The notes beneath the pieces are model-generated. The model was not told the origin of the DNA. It searched no databases and saw only the letters and a program-made list of their open reading frames with translations. Of a stretch of 64,000 nt of DNA, positions 30,955-38,650 are shown one piece after another. The stretch is from Alphaproteobacteria bacterium (lineage in GTDB: Bacteria; Pseudomonadota; Alphaproteobacteria; Micavibrionales; Micavibrionaceae): NCBI GenBank assembly GCA_028277665.1, contig JANQFU010000014.1:4926-68925 (forward strand), written 5' to 3'. The stretch's first letter is position 1; each line of letters starts with the position of its first letter. A program made the position numbers and the translations under genes.

Positions 30955-33618
30955 ATGACAAAATGGGTTTACAGCTTTGGGGGCGAACGCACGGACGGCC
31001 GCGCGGACATGAAAAACCTGCTGGGCGGGAAAGGGGCGAACCTTGCCGAAATGGCCTCGCTCGGACTGCCGGTGCCGCCCGGTTTCACGATTACGACCGA
31101 AGTCTGTACCTATTACTATGACAACGAAAGCTCTTATCCCGGAGAATTGGGCGATCAGGTTAATGAGGCTCTGGCGATCCTTGAACGCGCAATGGATGCG
31201 AAATTCGGCGACCCGGAAAACCCGCTTCTGCTCTCGGTGCGCTCCGGCGCGCGGATCTCGATGCCGGGGATGATGGACACGGTTTTGAACCTCGGTCTGA
31301 ACGAGAAGACCATTCAGGGCCTGATCAACCGCACGAACAACCCGCGTTTTGCGTGGGACAGTTACCGCCGCTTCGTCCAGATGTACGGCGACGTTGTGCT
31401 GGGCGTCCCGCACCATGATTTTGAAGATATTATCGACACTTACAAACGCGAGCATGGAATCTCCCTCGACACCGAAGTCCCGGCGGAAGCCTGGCAGCAA
31501 ATGGTCGGCGAGTTCAAGGAGCTCGTCGAAAAAGCGACCGGCAAGCCGTTCCCGGACGATCCAATGGAACAACTCTGGGGCGGGATCGGCGCCGTGTTCG
31601 GGTCCTGGATGATCCCGCGCGCCGTGACGTATCGCCGGATCAACGAGATCCCGGGCAACTGGGGGACGGCTGTGAACGTCCAGTCGATGGTTTTCGGCAA
31701 TATGGGACAGGACAGTGCGACCGGTGTGGCCTTCACCCGCGACCCGGCCACGGGCGAGAATTATTTCTACGGCGAATATCTGGTCGACGCGCAGGGCGAG
31801 GACGTCGTCGCCGGGATCCGCACGCCGCAATCCCTGACGAAATACGCCCGCGAGAAAGAGGGCGGCGACCTCCCCTCGATGGAAGAAGTGATGCCGGAAG
31901 TTTTTGGAGAGCTGGACGGCGTGCGTCATACGCTTGAGAACCACTTCCGCGACGTACAGGACCTCGAGTTCACGGTTCAGGATAAAAAACTCTACATCCT
32001 GCAGACCCGGACCGGGAAACGCACGACGCAAGCGGCACTCAAAATCGCGGTCGACATGGAAAAAGAAGGCCTGATCACGAAGGAGGAGGCTCTTTTGCGC
32101 GTCGATCCGAAAGGACTCGACCAGCTTTTGCACCCGACGCTTGACCCGGATGCGCATAAAACCATTCTGGCCAAAGGCTTGCCGGCGTCTCCGGGGGCCG
32201 CAAACGGCCGCGTGACGTTCACGGCGGACGACGCCGAGGCTCAGGCCGCAAACGGCCCGGTCATTCTGTGCCGTCAGGAAACCTCGCCGGAAGACATTCA
32301 CGGGATGCACGCCGCGAAGGGGATTCTGACCTCCCGGGGCGGGATGACGTCTCACGCCGCCGTCGTGGCGCGGGGGATGGGCACGCCTTGCGTCGCCGGG
32401 GCCGGGGATCTCTTTATCGACACAAAGAGCAAGGTTATGCGGGTCGGCGAATACGAAATTCACGAAGGCGACTCGATCACGATCGACGGCTCGACCGGGG
32501 AGGTTATCTTCGGCGAAGTCCCGACAATCCAGCCGGTGCTCTCGGGCGATTTCGAAACGCTGATGGCCTGGGCCGACGAGGTTCGCCGGATGAAAGTCCG
32601 CGCCAATGCGGAAACGCCGACGGACGCGCAGACCGCCCGCGATTTCGGCGCACAGGGGATCGGCCTGTGCCGGACGGAACATATGTTCTTCGATCCGGAC
32701 CGGATCCAGCGTGTGCGCGAAATGATTTTCGCCAGTGAAGAAACGGCACGCCGCGCGGCTCTTGCGCATCTCCTCCCTGAACAGCGCAAGGATTTCAAAG
32801 AGCTGTTTACGATCATGCAGGGCTTGCCGGTCACGATTCGTCTTCTGGATCCGCCGTTGCACGAATTCCTGCCGCATGAAGAGGCGGACGTCGAGGAGTT
32901 TGCCAAAACGGCCGGGATCGAGCCCGCGCATGTCCACCGCCGCCTTGGTGAGCTGCATGAGTTTAACCCGATGCTGGGTCACAGGGGCTGCCGCCTCGGG
33001 ATCACCTATCCGGAAATCTATGAAATGCAGGCCGAGGCCATTTTCGAAGCGGCGGTTGACGTTGCCGAGGAAAGCGGCGAAAGCGTCATCCCGGAAGTCA
33101 TGATTCCGCTGATTGCGACGCGCAAGGAACTTTCGATCCTGCGCAAGCTCGTGGAAAAAACGGCAGAGCGCGTCTTCGAAAACCGCGGCCGGAAGCTGGA
33201 CTACATGATCGGGACGATGATCGAATTGCCGCGTGCCGCGCTGTGTGCGGATGATGTGGCCAACGACGCCGATTTCTACAGCTTCGGGACGAACGACCTG
33301 ACACAGACAACCCTCGGGATGAGCCGGGACGATGCCGGAATGTTTCTAAAAGCCTATGTGGAACAGGGGATTTTCGAAACGGATCCGTTTGCCGCGCTTG
33401 ATCAAACAGGGGTCGGCCAGCTCATTGAAATCGCTTTCCGGAAAGGCCGCTCGGTCAAACCGGATCTGAAGCTCGGCATTTGCGGGGAACATGGCGGGGA
33501 TCCGTCCTCGATCGGGTTCTGTGAACGCACGGGACTGGATTACGTCTCCTGCTCGCCTTACCGCGTGCCGATTGCCCGTCTGGCGTCGGCGCAGGCCGTT
33601 GTCCGATTAAAAGATTGA
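30955..33618 (+). CDS. ppdK: pyruvate, phosphate dikinase
   Basis: MTKWVYSFG... N-terminus, phosphohistidine loop GGMTSHAAVVARGMG, RTEHMFF and GICGEHGGDP. ATG 30955 follows GGAGGGA. Confidence 0.93.
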   Translation: MTKWVYSFGGERTDGRADMKNLLGGKGANLAEMASLGLPVPPGFTITTEVCTYYYDNESSYPGELGDQVNEALAILERAMDAKFGDPENPLLLSVRSGARISMPGMMDTVLNLGLNEKTIQGLINRTNNPRFAWDSYRRFVQMYGDVVLGVPHHDFEDIIDTYKREHGISLDTEVPAEAWQQMVGEFKELVEKATGKPFPDDPMEQLWGGIGAVFGSWMIPRAVTYRRINEIPGNWGTAVNVQSMVFGNMGQDSATGVAFTRDPATGENYFYGEYLVDAQGEDVVAGIRTPQSLTKYAREKEGGDLPSMEEVMPEVFGELDGVRHTLENHFRDVQDLEFTVQDKKLYILQTRTGKRTTQAALKIAVDMEKEGLITKEEALLRVDPKGLDQLLHPTLDPDAHKTILAKGLPASPGAANGRVTFTADDAEAQAANGPVILCRQETSPEDIHGMHAAKGILTSRGGMTSHAAVVARGMGTPCVAGAGDLFIDTKSKVMRVGEYEIHEGDSITIDGSTGEVIFGEVPTIQPVLSGDFETLMAWADEVRRMKVRANAETPTDAQTARDFGAQGIGLCRTEHMFFDPDRIQRVREMIFASEETARRAALAHLLPEQRKDFKELFTIMQGLPVTIRLLDPPLHEFLPHEEADVEEFAKTAGIEPAHVHRRLGELHEFNPMLGHRGCRLGITYPEIYEMQAEAIFEAAVDVAEESGESVIPEVMIPLIATRKELSILRKLVEKTAERVFENRGRKLDYMIGTMIELPRAALCADDVANDADFYSFGTNDLTQTTLGMSRDDAGMFLKAYVEQGIFETDPFAALDQTGVGQLIEIAFRKGRSVKPDLKLGICGEHGGDPSSIGFCERTGLDYVSCSPYRVPIARLASAQAVVRLKD

Positions 33619-33650
33619 TTATAAAAAAAACAAGATTTAAATTAACATAA

Positions 33651-33676
33651 ACACGCGCTTCACGGCGCGTGTTTTT
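33651..33676 (+). terminator. rho-independent terminator after ppdK
   Basis: ACACGCGC (33651-33658) pairs with GCGCGTGT (33665-33672), followed by TTTT. Confidence 0.75.
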
Positions 33677-33773
33677 CTAGCAAGAAAATTACAGGATTAA
33701 TGTTTTTTTTATTAAAAAGCGCTAGAATTAAATTGGGAAGGTTTTAATAAGAAAAAACAGAGGCGGGAAAAAA

Positions 33774-34541
33774 ATGAACATATTCTTCGGAAGCACAGAA
33801 GCATGCTTTGTTCGCCGATGTTTGCAGTGTGGTGTGGTTTTGCTCGCCGTATTTGTTTTTGTCTTGTTTGCGGGGGCAGGAAACGGGTATGCCGCGAGCG
33901 AAGATCCTGTCCGCAGCTATAACAAACAATCAAAAATAACGACATATAACCGCCCCGGTGCTGAAAACGGGATCTGGCGGAAAGGCCATAGTGCGCGGTT
34001 TTATGCGAGATGTATGAATAGCGGTTCCTGGAAAGCCTATGCTGACGGGATTTGCTATCCTGCGGGACGCGACAGCTGTTCCTGTAATTCAGGCTGTGAC
34101 ACGGATTGGTGTTATAAAAGCTGGGGAACGCGATACGCAAGATCCGGAGATTTGGGGATCAGCCGGATCAACAAATGTTCCGGAAATATATGCCTTTCCG
34201 AAAATACGGACTCTCCCGGGAGTGGGGCCTCCCCCGAAATTACGGACGATACCGGGGATCCGATGCTCGCGATTATGCCGCGTGGGGATGGATATATAGA
34301 GTTTATCAAAGGCCTGGACGGGGTAAAAGTGAACGGGATTTACTGGCTTAACCTCCGGGGCGGAAACAAATATCTGATGATTCCGACGAAAGGGGACGAT
34401 TTCGGACGCTTTGTCTCGGAGAATCCGCCTGCCGTTAAGATGCAGAAAGCGTGTATGCCGGCAAGGTTCAGCCCGGGCTGTCCGTCCGCACCGAGTTGTT
34501 CCTGCCATTGTTCTCCCTGTCCGGATCCGGATCTGAAATGA
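33774..34541 (+). CDS. Cys-rich secreted hypothetical protein
   Basis: Hydrophobic signal segment (VVLLAVFVFVLFAGAGNGYAAS) followed by many Cys in short spacings (CSCNSGCDTDWC, CPSAPSCSCHCSPCP). It is on the same strand as the large pilin gene and 115 nt upstream of it. Confidence 0.5.
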   Translation: MNIFFGSTEACFVRRCLQCGVVLLAVFVFVLFAGAGNGYAASEDPVRSYNKQSKITTYNRPGAENGIWRKGHSARFYARCMNSGSWKAYADGICYPAGRDSCSCNSGCDTDWCYKSWGTRYARSGDLGISRINKCSGNICLSENTDSPGSGASPEITDDTGDPMLAIMPRGDGYIEFIKGLDGVKVNGIYWLNLRGGNKYLMIPTKGDDFGRFVSENPPAVKMQKACMPARFSPGCPSAPSCSCHCSPCPDPDLK

Positions 34542-34656
34542 CGGGAGAGGCGTGTAACGGATAGACCGAAGGTGAATACGGATTTGTATGGAAATAAAAT
34601 TTTGTGAGTGTTGGAACAGACGTTAAAGAATTCAGAGGAAAGAAAAGGGGCTGGCT

Positions 34657-36558
34657 ATGAAACATGATCTACACGGGAAATGCAGAAATATTTCTGGCGG
34701 AAAGCAGGGGTTCACGCTGATTGAGCTTTCGATCGTCCTGTTGATTATCGGGATCCTGACGGCCAGCTTGCTCGGCTTTGCTCAGGTGATGATGAAAAAG
34801 CGTCTCCTTGAGCAAACAGACGAGAAAATGAAACAGATTACGCTCGCTCTGGCGAAATACATTGCGGACGATCCGGAAGTGGATATTTCCGAAGATCCGG
34901 TCAGCTACCCTTGTCCTGCGCCTCTGACGGCAATTTCAGGGGAGGCGAATTTCGGACGTCCCCTGTGTCCGTCGAATTTCTCAAACACAACGCCGCGGGA
35001 CCTCGGGGGTGTGTTCGTCGTTCGCGGCTCGGGAGGCCGTGCAGTCCTCGTCGGGGCGGTACCCTCCAGCGAGTTGATGATCGAAGGGAAATATATGCTT
35101 GATCCTTACGGAAACAGGTTCACATACGCCGTGACGATGGATCTGGCGAAGCCTGCGTCTCTTCTTGAAGTTCCGCCGCCCGAAGGAGCGATCGGAATTC
35201 AGGATGAGTCAGGGACCGTAACATCTTCCGCACCGTTTGCCCTCGTCTCTCATGGAAGAAACGGCGTCGGCGCTTATGCGAACGGCGGTCTGCCGGTTTC
35301 GGATTGTCCGTCTCATCTCAAGGGGGACGCGATGAACTGCCAATGGAAAACGTCTCAGACAGCCGTTTTCAGGACGTCAAATGCGTTCACCAAAACATAC
35401 GATCAAAACTATTTCGACGATAAAACGGTTTATTCTTTCTATCTGACGGAAGATGAAGACGGATGGTGGAAAGCGACGGATGACAGCGGCGTGCATATCG
35501 TTCATAAAAACCCCGGGAATGTTGGGGTTGGAACGGACAATCCGGTTGCAAAATTTGAGGTGCACGGGGAAACGGATGACAGTAGTGCTGCCGCTGTGAA
35601 TATCAGGAGCGGAGATAAAGACAATACGATCATCCTGAACGTTCGCAATGACGGACGCGTCGGGGTTGGGACGGATGACCCGAAACGGAAACTCCACGTA
35701 AAATTCTCGAACAACAATCTGGATGATAAAGATGCTGTAGGACGATGGGCCGGTGCGGTGATCGAGAGTACGCGCGGACCGGCGCATCTGATGCTCCGGA
35801 CATCAAAACCGGATGCGCATTCCGCGATTCAGTTTTCATACGGAAAGGCTTCTGATTCGATTCTCGATTTTGATGACAGCCTTGTAAGAGGAGCTTTTGC
35901 ATTCGATTATACAACAGGAGGCTTTGCGTGGAGATCGGGCACGGGCGCGAATTTCAATGGTATCGCAAGCCTGGATAGAACGGGAAGCCTGTGGCTGAAT
36001 AGCGGTGCATGGGCCGGTGATAGTATTTATTCCGCGAATTTGCTTGTTGCAGGAAAAGGCGTTCGAGCCGATACGGGGAATATCATTGCGTCAAGCGGGA
36101 ATGTTATGGCTTCCGGTAATGTCGCCGCGAGCGTCAACGTCGAAGCTTTGAACAATGTCAGCGCCGGGAACAGCGCCTACGCCAAGCATTTCTATTATAG
36201 CGACGTGCCGGGAGGGACGTGCACGGGGACATGCGAGAGTGATGGCGACAGTGACCTGACGGCAATGTGTGCGGCAGGAGAGGTCCTGAGGGGAATTCAA
36301 AAAGGCCAGCCTGTCTGTATGACTTTAACGTTCCACTGTTCTTCCGGTCAGGCGCTTAGGGGAATTGTCAATGGACAGCCCCTTTGTGTCAGTATTTCAG
36401 GAAGTGGTGGTGATGGCTCATGCGGCTCTCATGGAAATGGAGATATCTGGCATGAGACAAACGGGAGCGGTCGTGAATGTTGTACATATACATATCAGTG
36501 TCTGAATGGGGAGGAAAAAAGGATTGATGATTCATGTTATGTATGTAACGACCCATAA
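34657..36558 (+). CDS. modular type IV pilin-like protein (633 aa) with fibre-like C-terminal module
   Basis: Class III (prepilin) signal GGKQG/FTLIELSIVLLIIGILTASLLG with Glu at +5. The downstream region has two GxVGVGTDxPxxKxxV repeats (35509-35568, 35647-35700) and two C-x-x-G-x-x-LRGI-x-x-GQP-x-C repeats (36269-36319, 36337-36387). Confidence 0.7.
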   Translation: MKHDLHGKCRNISGGKQGFTLIELSIVLLIIGILTASLLGFAQVMMKKRLLEQTDEKMKQITLALAKYIADDPEVDISEDPVSYPCPAPLTAISGEANFGRPLCPSNFSNTTPRDLGGVFVVRGSGGRAVLVGAVPSSELMIEGKYMLDPYGNRFTYAVTMDLAKPASLLEVPPPEGAIGIQDESGTVTSSAPFALVSHGRNGVGAYANGGLPVSDCPSHLKGDAMNCQWKTSQTAVFRTSNAFTKTYDQNYFDDKTVYSFYLTEDEDGWWKATDDSGVHIVHKNPGNVGVGTDNPVAKFEVHGETDDSSAAAVNIRSGDKDNTIILNVRNDGRVGVGTDDPKRKLHVKFSNNNLDDKDAVGRWAGAVIESTRGPAHLMLRTSKPDAHSAIQFSYGKASDSILDFDDSLVRGAFAFDYTTGGFAWRSGTGANFNGIASLDRTGSLWLNSGAWAGDSIYSANLLVAGKGVRADTGNIIASSGNVMASGNVAASVNVEALNNVSAGNSAYAKHFYYSDVPGGTCTGTCESDGDSDLTAMCAAGEVLRGIQKGQPVCMTLTFHCSSGQALRGIVNGQPLCVSISGSGGDGSCGSHGNGDIWHETNGSGRECCTYTYQCLNGEEKRIDDSCYVCNDP

Positions 36559-36582
36559 TGCTGCAATAAAGAGCTATTCAAA

Positions 36583-36613
36583 AGCGCGGACGTTTTATCG
36601 TCCGCGCTCTTTT
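36583..36613 (+). terminator. rho-independent terminator after the large pilin gene
   Basis: AGCGCGGACG (36583-36592) pairs with CGTCCGCGCT (36599-36608), then CTTTTG. Confidence 0.7.
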
Positions 36614-36743
36614 GCGAAGAAATGGCAAAAGTGAAACTCCACGGACCCTGGCCCGTGGAGTTTCACTCAATGCATTACAGGAACCTCTGCAAAAATCTCT
36701 TTAGGTCCTGACCCTGCATCTGTAAACGGAGTTTCAAATTCTG

Positions 36744-37721
36744 ATGAAAATTCTCTTTAACGCCGGAACACGCCTGACGGATACCGTTTTGTCAACCGGT
36801 GTACTGGCACGCCTTCGGGAGGAATACCCGCAGGCGGGCTTCACCGTTGTCTGCGGCGCGGCCGCCGCCCCGCTCTTTTACGGTCTGCCGGGCCTCGAGG
36901 GCACGATCGAGATTCCGGAAGGCGGGAAAGGCACAGCTTTTCGTTTGCGCCGGACGATCCGGCGGCAAAGCCCCTGGGATTTGATCGTCGATATCGCTGG
37001 GGATCTCCCCGTCCGGGCCGCGCATAAGGGCAGGAAGCGCCACGATCCCGACACGCACAAGGTCGAACGCGCCGCAAGAATTATGAACGCTATGGACGCA
37101 AAGAACGAAGGAAAAGCCGTTCCGGCCCCGCAACTCTGGATCTCGGAAAAAGACTGGGGGCCCGGATCCGCACGGGTTCCGAAAGGACCGGACGAATTGC
37201 CGGTTCTGGCGCTCGCGCCGATGACCGGGGAAATGGCGAAAATCTGGCCGCCGGGATGTTATCTGGATCTGATCGCGGATGTGTTCCGGCCCAAAGGCGT
37301 CTTCGCGGGATGGAAAATCGCGGTGATTTGCGCACCGGGAGAAGAATACGGCGCGAACCAGATTTACGAGATGCTCCCGCCCGAACGGCGGATCGACCTG
37401 ATGAACAAGGGCAATATCGCGCAGGCCGCGGCCTCTATCGCGCAATGCGGGTATTTTATCGGGAGTGAATCGGGGCTGGTGCACTGCGCGTCCGCTGTCG
37501 GGACGCCCTGTATGGCGCTCTTCGGGCCCGGCCGTCCGGCGCAGGATCGCCCGTGGGGCGCATGTGCGGCCTATGTCAGCACACCGGAGACGATAGAAGA
37601 ATTGACGGATTATAAGGACTACGACCCGGAATGGGCGCCATGCCTGATGGGTACGCTCAACCCGATAGACGTTCGCCAAGCCATTGAAAGCCATTGGCGG
37701 GGTCTGAACATCGCCGCATAG
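36744..37721 (+). CDS. glycosyltransferase family 9 (heptosyltransferase-like)
   Basis: C-terminal GT9 signature FIGSESGLVHCASAVGTPCMALFGPGRP. The length is 325 aa. Confidence 0.75.
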   Translation: MKILFNAGTRLTDTVLSTGVLARLREEYPQAGFTVVCGAAAAPLFYGLPGLEGTIEIPEGGKGTAFRLRRTIRRQSPWDLIVDIAGDLPVRAAHKGRKRHDPDTHKVERAARIMNAMDAKNEGKAVPAPQLWISEKDWGPGSARVPKGPDELPVLALAPMTGEMAKIWPPGCYLDLIADVFRPKGVFAGWKIAVICAPGEEYGANQIYEMLPPERRIDLMNKGNIAQAAASIAQCGYFIGSESGLVHCASAVGTPCMALFGPGRPAQDRPWGACAAYVSTPETIEELTDYKDYDPEWAPCLMGTLNPIDVRQAIESHWRGLNIAA

Positions 37722-37743
37722 TTTTGACACAAATTCTTTTAGA

Positions 37744-38334
37744 TCAAGGATTATACTGCGCGTTCGGGCCGGTATCGTACAGGACGGTTGGCTCCGGCGC
37801 GCGTTCCCCGACGTCGGAACGGTAATGGCGGCCGGTAATCACAGAAACATAGTCGTCCCGTGACTCGGCGGAAACGTCATAAGGCACGTATCTGACCCGC
37901 TCCCAGCCTTTGGAATACATGCAGGTCTCGAAATCGTGATAATCAAGCATTTCCCGGTACAGCGCCCCGTCACGCTCCGGTGTGTCGTAGCGGTCGAGTT
38001 TTGTCTCGCTTTTATTTGCAGGATTCTCATCTGCCGGAATAACCTCGGGCAGAGCCCCCAGCCGCTCAAGCTCGTTAACCTCACGGACACAGCGGGCAAT
38101 ATCCTGATTGAGCATTTGCTGCGCCTTTGGACCCCGCGTGTAAATCGCGTCCGAACTGGTAATCCGTTGCCAGTACTGACCGTAATCGTCAGCGCGCCGC
38201 TTGGCCATTTGCTCCGGGTCGACATTCGACGCGCAGCCTGCCGTCATGAGCAGGCCTCCGACCAGAAAAAGAGAGGCCAGAGAAGATGGAATAAGCGCAG
38301 AGGGAATAAATGCAGAAGGAATGAGTTGAGGCAT
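37744..38334 (-). CDS. hypothetical lipoprotein
   Basis: Signal peptide with lipobox LMTAGC. I chose the start at MPQLIPS (38334). No family recognised. Confidence 0.5.
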   Translation of the reverse strand: MPQLIPSAFIPSALIPSSLASLFLVGGLLMTAGCASNVDPEQMAKRRADDYGQYWQRITSSDAIYTRGPKAQQMLNQDIARCVREVNELERLGALPEVIPADENPANKSETKLDRYDTPERDGALYREMLDYHDFETCMYSKGWERVRYVPYDVSAESRDDYVSVITGRHYRSDVGERAPEPTVLYDTGPNAQYNP

Positions 38335-38591
38335 GATATCCGCTGTCCGGTTGATCGAAGAGTCCTTTTGAAAAATACCAACTGGGACCGGAGAGTACAA
38401 TAAAAATAAAACAGAGAAGCGTATTCTATAGTGATTTCCGATAAGAACAGGACATACTCTTATCGGAAATTGCCCAAAAGAGACATGGGCGTCCGTAAGG
38501 ACGGAATCATGCCCCCAAGAGCGTATGGCGTTTGAGGGCTCGCATTTAAAATGCCCTGTTTTAAATGCGAATAATCATAAGTTTTTTTAGA

Positions 38592-38619
38592 TTGACAAAT
38601 TATGAAAAATATGTATCAT
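38592..38619 (+). promoter_or_regulatory. sigma70-like promoter candidate for the aspartate kinase gene
   Basis: TTGACA (38592-38597), a 16-nt spacer, then TATCAT (38614-38619), about 30 nt before ATG 38651. Confidence 0.35.
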
Positions 38620-38650
38620 CTTCATCAAGCGACAATGAGCGAGAGGACAG

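Noticed and set aside
38434-38470. Sigma-28 (flagellar) promoter, suggested by CCGATAAG in both arms of the inverted repeat.
   Set aside because: There is no TAAA -35 element at the required 15-nt spacing on either strand.
38335-38650. Lysine riboswitch (L-box) ahead of lysC.
   Set aside because: I could not find the conserved L-box core segments. A plausible TTGACA-N16-TATCAT promoter sits only ~30 nt before the start codon, leaving no room for a riboswitch in the leader. An Rfam scan would settle it.
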